NCBI GenBank assembly: GCA_026417175.1
Contig: JAOADT010000008.1
Coordinates: 6,547-70,546 of the forward strand
DNA length: 64,000 bases
From: Deltaproteobacteria bacterium
GTDB lineage: Bacteria; Desulfobacterota; Syntrophorhabdia; Syntrophorhabdales; JANXAF01
Reading direction: 5' to 3'
A model generated the notes under the pieces. It saw only the letters and a list, made by a program, of their open reading frames with translations, was not told where the DNA came from and did not search any database. The position numbers and the translations under genes are program-made. Positions 1-9,080 of the stretch are shown one piece after another; within the stretch, counting starts at the first letter, position 1, and each line of letters begins with the position of its first letter.

Positions 1-270
1 GTCTTCTATCCAACAGTCTGATCTTTTTTCGTCACCGCAAACCACAATGCCCAACTGGGCGTCCTTCAGAAACGAAGAACCGTGTTCCTTAGCTAAGGAA
101 AGCTTCCGCAAAATCTCCTTATCATCTACGAATACAAAACACCAAGGATTTATACCTCTCGAAGATGGAGACCGAAGGATGGCTTCTTTAAGAAGCTCAA
201 TAGTGTCAGGTTCGATAGACTTTTCACTATATTTTCTTATACTCCGTCTTTCCCTTAAAATCTCGATCAT
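1..270 (-). CDS. Nitroreductase family protein (partial, runs off the window's left edge)
   Basis: Not in ORF track. Manual translation from ATG 270: MIEILRERRSIRKY...RSPSSRGINPWCFVFV...IVVCGDEKRSDCWIED, with nitroreductase RRSIRxY and PS-x4-PW motifs. Confidence 0.85.
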   Translation of the reverse strand, partial: MIEILRERRSIRKYSEKSIEPDTIELLKEAILRSPSSRGINPWCFVFVDDKEILRKLSLAKEHGSSFLKDAQLGIVVCGDEKRSDCWIED

Positions 271-284
271 GTTTCTCCCCCATT

Positions 285-1205
285 CTATGTCAATGTTTTT
301 CCAACTATACCTTTTACACCATTTGCGAAATCGTAGGCACTCATTTTTCTTCGGTTTTCCAGCTGAACTTCATTTATAAGCACAACCCCGTCCCCGGTAG
401 CACACAGGATCCCATCCCGCGTTACAAGGACAATCTTCCCCGGATTTTCTGAAGTTGTTAGATTATAAACCCTAGCCTTATGGATTTTCAGTAACTTGCC
501 ATCAAGATAAGTATAAGCAACAGGCCAACCAGCGTAAGCCCTAACCATGTTTACAATTTCATACGAGCTTTTTGTCCAGTCGATTTTTGCCTCCTCCTTC
601 GTAACCATCTTTGTGTACGTTGCAAGCCTTTCATCCTGAACTATACCTTCTTTGATCCCTTCTTTTTCTATTACATCTACAAAATCCTTCAAGATCTCTG
701 CAGCCCTTCTAGATAATCTTTCTCCCAGAGATATGGCATCGTCGTCATCTCTAATCTCTACCTTTTCCTGAAAGAGTATATTTCCTGCATCCATCTTCTT
801 CACCATTTTTATGATGGTTATGCCTGTTTCCTTATCACCGTTTAGAATAGTGGCTTGTATTGGGGACGGTCCCCTGTATTTTGGAAGAAGTGAAGGATGG
901 ACATTTATGGGAGCAAGTTTTGGCATTTTCAAGATCTTCTCCGGGATAATCAAGCCAAAGGATACAGTCACTATAAGGTCAAACTCATACATTTCAATTT
1001 TGTTGGCTTCTTCATCTTTGAAAGAGTCTATCTCCAGAACAATAAGTCCGAGGGATAAAGCAGTCTTTTTTACCTCATTGTCGTCAACCGTATATCCTCT
1101 GCCCTTAGGTTTTGCCTTTTTTGTCACAACTAAGGTTATTTTGTCCCTTAAAGCATAAAGGGATGGTACAGAAAAAGAGGAGGATCCAAAAAAGCAGATG
1201 GTCAT
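285..1205 (-). CDS. fmt: Methionyl-tRNA formyltransferase
   Basis: INVHPSLLPKYRGPSPIQ and MDAG motifs; overlaps def by 4 bp. Confidence 0.95.
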   Translation of the reverse strand: MTICFFGSSSFSVPSLYALRDKITLVVTKKAKPKGRGYTVDDNEVKKTALSLGLIVLEIDSFKDEEANKIEMYEFDLIVTVSFGLIIPEKILKMPKLAPINVHPSLLPKYRGPSPIQATILNGDKETGITIIKMVKKMDAGNILFQEKVEIRDDDDAISLGERLSRRAAEILKDFVDVIEKEGIKEGIVQDERLATYTKMVTKEEAKIDWTKSSYEIVNMVRAYAGWPVAYTYLDGKLLKIHKARVYNLTTSENPGKIVLVTRDGILCATGDGVVLINEVQLENRRKMSAYDFANGVKGIVGKTLT

Positions 1206-1693
1206 TTTTCTAAATTTTTATACTCTTTTCTGAAAAGTGACCTTTTAATAGGGCTTAACCGATCTATAAAAAGAATTCCATCCAGATGGTCTATCTCATG
1301 CTGAAACGCTCTTGCAATTATTCCCTCACACTCTATAGTTAATTCTTTCTCTTGAAGATCTATACCCTTAACAATAACTCTTTTTGATCTCTTTAGAAAT
1401 TCAAAATATCCAGGGATACTTAAGCATCCCTCCTCTTTTATCTCTTCTTCCTCAGATGAGACAATTTCCGGATTTATCACTACTAAAGGCCCGCTTGTTT
1501 TCAATCCGTCAACCACTATGAGTCTTAAATTGTACCCCACCTGATTTGCGGCCAAACCTATCCCGCTAGCATTTCTCATTGTATCTATCATATTCTTGGA
1601 CAGATCAATAAGCTCCTGAGAGATCTCTTTAATCGGAAGCGCCTTTCTTCTAAGAATTGGATCAGGGTACTTTCTTATTTCAAGAATTGCCAT
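1202..1693 (-). CDS. def: Peptide deformylase
   Basis: GIGLAANQ, EGCLS and QHEIDHLDG motifs. Confidence 0.97.
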   Translation of the reverse strand: MAILEIRKYPDPILRRKALPIKEISQELIDLSKNMIDTMRNASGIGLAANQVGYNLRLIVVDGLKTSGPLVVINPEIVSSEEEEIKEEGCLSIPGYFEFLKRSKRVIVKGIDLQEKELTIECEGIIARAFQHEIDHLDGILFIDRLSPIKRSLFRKEYKNLEK

Positions 1694-1698
1694 AAGTA

Positions 1699-1728
1699 AT
1701 TTTAAGACTAGTATTACACTTTAGTCAA
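1699..1728 (-). promoter_or_regulatory. sigma70-like promoter of def-fmt (probably leaderless)
   Basis: TTGACT-N18-TAAAAT, then 5 nt to the def ATG; no Shine-Dalgarno. Confidence 0.55.
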
Positions 1729-1730
1729 TT

Positions 1731-3116
1731 TCAAAACTTCATATACTTCGGAAAAATTTTGCCAGGATTAAGAATGTTATTTGGATCAAAGAGTTTCTTT
1801 ATCTTTGCCATGGTAATAAGTGCTTCTCTAGAAAGTTCCATATCTATGTAATCTGACTTTAAAGTTCCAATTCCATGTTCTCCTGATATGGTACCACCAA
1901 GTTGAATGGTCTCTTTAAATATCTCACGTACTGCTTTTTCCGCTTTTTCCCAGTCCCTAGGTTCATCTTTTATCATGATGCTTACATGAAAGTTTCCGTC
2001 ACCCGCGTGTCCGAAGCTTAATATGGGAATGTTCAACTCTTCACTTAAGACCTCAAGCTTTCTTATAAGAATAGGAATCTTTGAACGTGGGACTACAACA
2101 TCCTCGGCTACCTTAACTGGATTCAAATTGTATGTAGCCTGGGAAAGTGTCCTTCTTGCAAGCCATAATGCCTCAGACTCTTTGGGATCATAAGTGATCC
2201 TAAACTCCGATGCTTTCTTCTCCTTTAGTATGGGGATAATCTTTTCCACCTGGGCTTTTACAGATGCCTCATCCCCATCAACCTCTATGAGAAGCAAGGC
2301 CCCTGTTTCTTCAGGAATTCCTATGGGATTTGCCATCTCACTGCAAATCACGGATGCTCTATCCATGAACTCCATGACTGCAGGAACTATACGTGCCGAT
2401 ATTATCCCCGACACACAAATTGCCGCATCTTCAACTTCTCTAAAAAAAACAAGAAGCGTAGCTTTACTTTCGGGCAAAGGGATAAGTTTCAGTATGATTT
2501 TTGTGATAACGCAAAGAGTACCTTCGCTTCCCACAAAAAGTCTCGTTAGATCGTAACCAACTACGCCCTTCATCGTCCTTACGCCAGTCTCTATTATTTC
2601 TCCAGTAGGCAAAACAACTTGTAGTCCCAACACATAGTCTCTTGTTACCCCGTATTTCAGAGAATTAGGTCCTCCAGCACACTCCGCTACGTTTCCACCT
2701 ATTGTTGAGTATTTGTGAGACGCAGGATCGGGGGGGTAAAAAAGCCCGTGTTTCTTCACCTCCTCTTGAAACTCGTAAGTAATCACACCTGGTTCGACAA
2801 TAGCGATTAAATTCTCTTTATCAATTTCAAGTATCCTATTCATTTTTGTAAAAACCATTACCACTCCACCTGAAATTGATACTGCACCTCCTGTCACACC
2901 AGAACCCTGACCTCTTGGAATAACTGGAAAATTGTGTTCATTCGCTAATTTTAGCACCTCTGAAACTTGACTAGCTGATTTGGGGAAAATTACAAGATCC
3001 GGCACTGAACCATGCGCTCTCGCATCAAATGAATAGCACTTTCTTTCCTCCTCCGATATTAGAACATTCTCTTTTCCCACAATTTCTCTGATCTTATCTA
3101 TAAGTCTACTATTCAT
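1731..3116 (-). CDS. FAD-linked oxidase, GlcD/D-lactate dehydrogenase family
   Basis: PRGQGSGVTGG, YPPDPAS, TIGGNVAECAGG, GHAGDGNFH, ISGEHGIG and NILNPGK motifs. Confidence 0.9.
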   Translation of the reverse strand: MNSRLIDKIREIVGKENVLISEEERKCYSFDARAHGSVPDLVIFPKSASQVSEVLKLANEHNFPVIPRGQGSGVTGGAVSISGGVVMVFTKMNRILEIDKENLIAIVEPGVITYEFQEEVKKHGLFYPPDPASHKYSTIGGNVAECAGGPNSLKYGVTRDYVLGLQVVLPTGEIIETGVRTMKGVVGYDLTRLFVGSEGTLCVITKIILKLIPLPESKATLLVFFREVEDAAICVSGIISARIVPAVMEFMDRASVICSEMANPIGIPEETGALLLIEVDGDEASVKAQVEKIIPILKEKKASEFRITYDPKESEALWLARRTLSQATYNLNPVKVAEDVVVPRSKIPILIRKLEVLSEELNIPILSFGHAGDGNFHVSIMIKDEPRDWEKAEKAVREIFKETIQLGGTISGEHGIGTLKSDYIDMELSREALITMAKIKKLFDPNNILNPGKIFPKYMKF

Positions 3117-3141
3117 GTTATCTAAAAGGTGTGAATATCGT

Positions 3142-4170
3142 TCAAATTAAGACTATTTTCCCTTTGTTTTCTTTTGTGAACCTGCCTATAATCCAGACCT
3201 CGATACCTAATTTGTGTGCATTTTCTTTTAACATAAAGGAACTTCCTTCCGGCACTGCGAAAAGAAGTCCCCCCGATGTCTGGGGATCAAAGAGAATATC
3301 ATAAATAGGTCCCTCAAAAAGGTTTATAACGTAAGTCTTGAAATAATCTCTATTCCGATAAAGACCACCCGGTAAAAATCCTGATTTTGCTAGTTCTATA
3401 GCACCATCGATAAGGGGTATTTCTTTTAAATACAACTCTACCCCTATTTCTTCCTTTATCATCTCTTTTAGATGGCCTATCAATCCAAATCCTGTCACAT
3501 CTGTTGCACCGTGTGTCTCTAAAGAAAGCATTAATTCTGAGGCCTTATTGTTTAGTGTCGCCATTATTCTACTCACATTTAAAATATCATTCTCTTTGAG
3601 AAGGTCGGCCTTAATCCCCGTGTTTAGAATGCCGGTACCTAAGGGTTTTGTCAGCACAAGGATATCTCCCGGTTCTGCGCCCTCATTCCTTATTATTCTT
3701 CTTGGATGTATTATTCCTGTAACAGCCAATCCATATTTTATCTCTTCATCATCTACACTGTGACCGCCTATCAAAACAGCACCCGCTTCCTTTATCTTTT
3801 CTGTTCCTCCCCTCAGAATCTCTTTGAGTATAGCGAGGTCAAATTTTTTCGGTGAGAAACAAACTATATTCATCGCGGTCTTAGGTACACCGCCCATTGC
3901 GTAAATATCACTCATAGCGTTGGCAGCTGCTATTTGACCAAACCAGTAAGGATCATTCACAACGGGTGTGAAAAAATCCACTGTTTGCACAATACCCAAC
4001 TCCTCAGTCAATTGGTATACGCCAGCATCATCAAATCCTTCTATCCCCACTAATACGTTATCATCTTTGGGGATTTCGATTCCGCAAAGAACTTCACTTA
4101 GGTCACCCGGACCTATTTTTGATGCTCAGCCGGCGCCCCTTACACTTTTGGTAAGCGTTATCTTACTCAT
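3142..4170 (-). CDS. selD: Selenide, water dikinase, selenocysteine-containing (U15)
   Basis: ORF track starts at 4050, but the frame extends upstream through TGA (4128-4126) to ATG 4170 with SD AGAGGA: MSKITLTKSVRGAG-U-ASKIGPGDL. Motifs DDAGVY, QTVDFFTP, DVTGFGL, DPQTSGGLL. Confidence 0.93.
4099..4115 (-). promoter_or_regulatory. Putative bacterial SECIS hairpin of selD
   Basis: UAGGUC-CGGGU-GACCUA stem-loop starting 11 nt after the UGA, with a G-rich apical loop. Confidence 0.65.
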
Positions 4171-4184
4171 ATTCCTCTTTTATT

Positions 4185-4484
4185 CTATTTTTTTAGTTTT
4201 GGTAGCGATTTCTTTTGGCTTTTTTTCTCTCTAAATCTTCTTACAAGCTTTTCTTTATCTAGCTCTATTTTCTCAATACCAGAGTAATAACAACATGTTG
4301 CACTTCGAAAGTTATTGTCGAAAATCCTCACCTTTCCATCTTGGAAATCGATTCTTACGTAGCAGAACCCCCCAGGAAGCTCAGATCTTCTCTCTTCTAT
4401 TACCACTCCCATTCCCCATCTGGCATTTTTTTTGTGGTAAACCCAATCTCCCACTTGTAAATAAAGAATACAATCGTTGTCCAT
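4185..4484 (-). CDS. Small hypothetical protein, DUF3553-like
   Basis: VGDWVYH...WGMGVV...VRIDF pattern; basic C-terminal tail. Confidence 0.6.
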   Translation of the reverse strand: MDNDCILYLQVGDWVYHKKNARWGMGVVIEERRSELPGGFCYVRIDFQDGKVRIFDNNFRSATCCYYSGIEKIELDKEKLVRRFREKKSQKKSLPKLKK

Positions 4485-4541
4485 AACCTAATCATATAGT
4501 AAAGTGAAGGTACAGTTCAAGGAAATTTTATGAAAAAAAAC

Positions 4542-4573
4542 AAAAAAAGGCGGGTAGAAACCCCGCCTTTTTT
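4542..4573 (-). terminator. Intrinsic (likely bidirectional) terminator of the glcD-glcF-acyl-CoA ligase operon
   Basis: AAAAAAGGCGGG-tagaaac-CCCGCCTTTTTT, about 20 nt past the stop of 4592..6196. Confidence 0.85.
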
Positions 4574-4591
4574 ATCCCTTATCCCCACTAG

Positions 4592-6196
4592 CTACCTAAC
4601 ATCGCTCCATTTACCGTATCTTTCTCTTAAGACTCTATGAAGTATTTTTCCTGCACCGCTTCGGGGCATCTCTTCGTCCTTTATAAATATGACGTTTTTA
4701 GGTATCTTATAACCCGCTATCTTTCCTCTGCAAAACTCTATTATTTCCTCAGGCGTTGCCGACTGTCCTTCGTGGAGTACAACAACTGCTGTTACCGCTT
4801 CTCCCCATTTTTCGTGAGGGATTCCTATCACTGCAACATCCTTTACCTTGGGATGGGCTCCAACGACATTTTCCACTTCAGAAGGATAAACGTTTTCTCC
4901 ACCAGTAATTATCATGTTAGCCTTTCTGTCTACAAGTACGTAGTACCCGTCCGGATCCCTGTAAGCCATATCACCTGCACTAAAATACTCTCCTTTCATC
5001 GCAGCCTTTGTTTTCTCAGGATCTTTCCAATATCCCTCAAAAACCATTGGGCTCCTTGAGTAAAGTTCTCCCACAACGTTTGGCTCTGTAATTATATTCC
5101 CGTTTTCATCGTAAAGTCTTATTATATCTGATCCAATAACCTCTCTACCTATAGACCCGAGTTTACTCAATTGCTCCTCTGGTTTTAAAATTGTAACAAT
5201 TCCCGCCTCTGTAGAGCCGTACGCTTCCCATAGCCTAGAATTAGGGAACATTTTCATTATTCCGAGCTTTGTATCCCTCCTTGCTGGCGCAGATGAAATA
5301 AGAAGTTTTTTCACCGAGGAAAGATCGTATTTCTTTTTTACTTCATCTGGAAGAGCAAGCATCATAATGTAATGTGTAGGAACAAGAGACGTAAATGTAA
5401 TCTTATGCTCTGAAAAGGTCTTAAGAAGATCCTCTGGATCAAAGCTTACCATATTGTACGCCATGACCGTAGCCCCAACCCAAGTAAATACGAAGGAATA
5501 AAACAGAGAATTTATATGGCAAAGAGGCATTACAAGCAGTACTATATCATCGTGCTCAAATTCATGATCGTAAAGCATTATGAAATACTGGGCTATTAAA
5601 TTTCCATGGCTTTTCATAACCCCCTTTGGCAGACCAGTTGTACCACCTGTGTACATTATTACCCATATGTCATCTGCGTCAACTTTCACGTCAGGCTCTT
5701 CTGAACTTGCATCCCTGATCATATCTTCGTAATTTAAATACCCCTCGTAATATGGGCTATCAACAGCAAATGAAATGTAGTGTTCCACTGTAGGAAGGTT
5801 CTTTTTCATATTATTTACTTGTTTGATCCAGGGAAGTTCATTACCTTTCTGGTCTTTTCCACCTTGTACGATGAATGCTTTAGCCTCCGCATGGTTTATT
5901 ATATATTCCATTTCTGGAGGAGCGAGTCTAAACATAATAGGAACACATATAAAACCTCCCTTTGCGGCAGCCGCATATATCTCAAGCCACTCTACACAAT
6001 TGTAAGCTAGTACACAAAATCGGTCTCCTTTCTTCAGTCCAATTTTCGAAAGAGCATTTGCTAGTCTGCATGCTCTTTCATTCCACTCCTTAAAAGTGTA
6101 CTGCTTGTTTAAATCCTTGACCCCAATTTTATTAGGCCACTTAAAGGCATTTACCCTTAAAACATCCTTAGCTGTGATCCAAACACCGTGTTTCAT
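4592..6196 (-). CDS. Acyl-CoA synthetase/AMP-binding enzyme (fatty/aryl acid-CoA ligase type)
   Basis: YTGGTTGLPKG P-loop, YGSTE, SAGD, ITGGENVYPSEVE and PRSGAGKI motifs. Confidence 0.9.
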   Translation of the reverse strand: MKHGVWITAKDVLRVNAFKWPNKIGVKDLNKQYTFKEWNERACRLANALSKIGLKKGDRFCVLAYNCVEWLEIYAAAAKGGFICVPIMFRLAPPEMEYIINHAEAKAFIVQGGKDQKGNELPWIKQVNNMKKNLPTVEHYISFAVDSPYYEGYLNYEDMIRDASSEEPDVKVDADDIWVIMYTGGTTGLPKGVMKSHGNLIAQYFIMLYDHEFEHDDIVLLVMPLCHINSLFYSFVFTWVGATVMAYNMVSFDPEDLLKTFSEHKITFTSLVPTHYIMMLALPDEVKKKYDLSSVKKLLISSAPARRDTKLGIMKMFPNSRLWEAYGSTEAGIVTILKPEEQLSKLGSIGREVIGSDIIRLYDENGNIITEPNVVGELYSRSPMVFEGYWKDPEKTKAAMKGEYFSAGDMAYRDPDGYYVLVDRKANMIITGGENVYPSEVENVVGAHPKVKDVAVIGIPHEKWGEAVTAVVVLHEGQSATPEEIIEFCRGKIAGYKIPKNVIFIKDEEMPRSGAGKILHRVLRERYGKWSDVR

Positions 6197-6229
6197 ACTA
6201 TCCCTCCTTTTTTATTTTATTTTCCTCTT

Positions 6230-7498
6230 TCATTCAACAAGTTCAAGAATATGATAAACCTTCTGGGGCATTTTATTTTGTAATACACTATCTATAAGGT
6301 TTATCATGCATCCGGGACAGGCAGTAACCACTATGTCTGCTTGCGTTGCCTTTATTCCCTCCATTTTCTTTTTTGCAATCTTTTTGGTCGTTTCGTAATG
6401 GTAAAGACTAAATGATCCTCCCATACCGCAACAAAGATCTGCATTTGGCATCTCAACATACTTTATCCCTTGCAAATTTTTGAGGATCTTTCTTGGTTGC
6501 TCCTTTATATCCTGATATCTGATTAAGTGGCAAGGATCATGCCATGTAACTGTTTTTCCCTGAAATTCTTTTCTAACTTTTAACTCCTTTGGGTCTATCT
6601 TCAGAATGTCTACAAGAAACTCCATACTGTCTTTCACCTTTTTTGAAAAATTACCATATCTTTGTTTCTGTTCATCAGAATCTGCCAAGTATTTCTCGTA
6701 GTCCTTAAGTGTGGAACTGCATGTGCCACAAGCGGTCACTACCATATCCACATCCTTGAAGGCCTCTATGTTCATATCCGCCAATAGTCTACCTGTTTGA
6801 AAGTCCCCACTGAAGTATATTGCTGCCCCACAACAATTCTGGTCTTTTGGGATTACCACCTCCACATTTCTTTTCGTTAAGAAATCTATCATTTTTATGC
6901 CTATCTCAGGATAAATAAAATCTGTGGCACACCCCATAAAAAAACCAACCTTCATTAAAGGCTCATTTCCATCCTGTGGTTTATAAACAGGTTTTACTAT
7001 ATCCCGAAGGAATTTCGGTGCCAGCTCCGGTATGTTTCGACCTGCACCTAATGCTTTGAGAAAATCCGGAAGGTGTCTAATATTACCCTCACTTTTTGGC
7101 AAAAGCCACTGAAATGCCTTAGCCAGTTTCAGATACCGCGCAAATTTTTTCCTGTCAGACATAACTCCTCTAAAGACAAAGCTTTTTAAAAATCCTAGGC
7201 CTTTTTCATTGACCATTTCGGCACGCGCACCCACTACCACTCTGTCAATCTGGGCTTTTGCAGGACAGTTGACAACACATCTTTTACACAGAAGACATTT
7301 GCTTATGATCTTTCCCATTTCATCAGTAAATTCCTGCTCACCCCTTAGGGCAAGCTTCACAAGATAGTTCTTTCCACGGGCAACTGAAGTCTCAATTCTT
7401 TCCTCCTGGTAAACAGGACAAAAATATGTGCAAAAGCCACATTTCATGCATTGATCCACATACTGCTCTATCTTTTTCAGTTCCTTCAATTCCTTCAC
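6230..7498 (-). CDS. GlcF-like (Fe-S)-binding protein with two CCG domains
   Basis: Two CxxCxxCxxxCP motifs plus NCCGA and LCCGMGG. Likely GTG start 7498 after SD GGGGAG (track start 7525). Confidence 0.88.
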   Translation of the reverse strand: MKELKELKKIEQYVDQCMKCGFCTYFCPVYQEERIETSVARGKNYLVKLALRGEQEFTDEMGKIISKCLLCKRCVVNCPAKAQIDRVVVGARAEMVNEKGLGFLKSFVFRGVMSDRKKFARYLKLAKAFQWLLPKSEGNIRHLPDFLKALGAGRNIPELAPKFLRDIVKPVYKPQDGNEPLMKVGFFMGCATDFIYPEIGIKMIDFLTKRNVEVVIPKDQNCCGAAIYFSGDFQTGRLLADMNIEAFKDVDMVVTACGTCSSTLKDYEKYLADSDEQKQRYGNFSKKVKDSMEFLVDILKIDPKELKVRKEFQGKTVTWHDPCHLIRYQDIKEQPRKILKNLQGIKYVEMPNADLCCGMGGSFSLYHYETTKKIAKKKMEGIKATQADIVVTACPGCMINLIDSVLQNKMPQKVYHILELVE

Positions 7499-7515
7499 CT
7501 TACTCCCCCTCAGAT

Positions 7516-8895
7516 TTACTCCCAAATTTTTCCAGGGTTCATTATGTTGTTTGGATCCAGAAGTGCCTTGATTTTCTTCATTAGGTCTACGACTTTTGGA
7601 TCTGTAACCCTGGTGAAAAACTTTTGCTTTTCTAGTCCGATTCCGTGCTCACCTGATAGCACCCCGCCTAGCTCAACCGCAGCGTAAATAATCTCTTCCA
7701 TAGCCTTTGTTGCCTTTTCATAGTGTTCCTTGTTGCTTATATCCGTAAGAAATGACGGATGGAGGTTCCCATCTCCGGCATGTCCAAGCATTACGAGTTC
7801 TAGTCCATACTTCTTTGCTATCTCTTTACTTTTCTTTATAAGGTCCGGAATTTTTCCTCTTGGGACCGTAACATCCTCTGAAAGAACTGTTTTTGCCTTT
7901 CCGAATACCGCGGCAAACCCTGCTCTTCTGGCCATCCAATATCTATTGGCCTCGTCCGTGTCCTTTGCCACTCTTACGTCAGTGGCCCCGTATTTTTTTG
8001 ATATATCAACCACTTTTTCTGTTTCCTTCTGGACTGCCTCATCAATTCCATCACACTCAAACAAAAGCATAGCGTCCGCATCCCTGGGTAGACCCATAGG
8101 CATCATCTCTTCTATTCTATTTATAACCCAGTTATCCAGAAGTTCTATTTTACCGGGAATTACACCATTTTCCAGTACTCGAAATACCGTTTCACCAGCC
8201 TTTGTAACATCATCATAAACAGCCACTATGGTCTTTCTTGAAGGGGGTAAGGGGTTAAGCTTCAATTCTGCCTTAGTTATAACTCCCAAAGTCCCTTCCG
8301 AACTTATAAATAAGTGCAACAGGTCATAGCCCACCACATTCTTCAATGTCCTGCCTCCGAGATTAACAACCTCTCCGGTGGGTAATACAACTTCTAATCC
8401 AAGTACATATTGTTTAGTCACTCCATATTTAACACATGCTGGACCTCCAGCATTTTCAGCTATAATTCCTCCTATTGTGGCACCAAGAAAGCTTTGAGGG
8501 TCAGGTGGAAAAAAAAGACCTTCCTTTAGGAGGGCATTATTTAGATCCTGAAGAACTACCCCGCACTCCACAGTACATGTGAGATTCTCTTTGTCTATCT
8601 TCAATATATTATTCATCTTAGTGGTACACAGCACTATTCCCCCCATCCATGGTACTGATCCACCGCTAACATTTGTTCCTCCACCTCTTGGTGTAACTGG
8701 TACTTTTTCTCTGTTAGCAACTTTTAAAATTTCCGATATTTGGATTGTGTTTTTGGGGAAGACCACAACATCCGGCTCCCTTATCCAGTTTGTGGTTCCA
8801 TCATAAGAATAAGCTTTTAGGGCTTCTTTCGTTGTTAATACTTCGCCTTCTCCCACAATTTTCTTTAATTCTTCAATAACTGCGGTCTTAATCAT
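7516..8895 (-). CDS. FAD-linked oxidase, GlcD family (second paralog)
   Basis: PRGGGTNVSGG, FPPDPQS, GHAGDGNLH and LSGEHGIG motifs; directly upstream of the GlcF-like gene. Confidence 0.9.
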   Translation of the reverse strand: MIKTAVIEELKKIVGEGEVLTTKEALKAYSYDGTTNWIREPDVVVFPKNTIQISEILKVANREKVPVTPRGGGTNVSGGSVPWMGGIVLCTTKMNNILKIDKENLTCTVECGVVLQDLNNALLKEGLFFPPDPQSFLGATIGGIIAENAGGPACVKYGVTKQYVLGLEVVLPTGEVVNLGGRTLKNVVGYDLLHLFISSEGTLGVITKAELKLNPLPPSRKTIVAVYDDVTKAGETVFRVLENGVIPGKIELLDNWVINRIEEMMPMGLPRDADAMLLFECDGIDEAVQKETEKVVDISKKYGATDVRVAKDTDEANRYWMARRAGFAAVFGKAKTVLSEDVTVPRGKIPDLIKKSKEIAKKYGLELVMLGHAGDGNLHPSFLTDISNKEHYEKATKAMEEIIYAAVELGGVLSGEHGIGLEKQKFFTRVTDPKVVDLMKKIKALLDPNNIMNPGKIWE

Positions 8896-8927
8896 TAATT
8901 CCCCCTGAACATGATTCTAATTTTTTC

Positions 8928-8972
8928 TGTCTACTGTTCACATGTTATATTCACATGGCTTGGATTTGTCAA
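8928..8972 (-). promoter_or_regulatory. sigma70 promoter with overlapping repeat operator
   Basis: TTGACA(8972-8967)-N17-TATAAC(8949-8944); CATGTGAA direct repeats on both sides of the -10; GTAGACA just downstream. Confidence 0.7.
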
Positions 8973-9080
8973 GAGAAAATAAAACCAAGTTTTATATATA
9001 AAACTCAAAGGATTTTAAATAGTTGTAAAAAAGAAATTGTGAAAAAAAGAATTAGCTCGATCTAAAATGTAAACAAAAAA

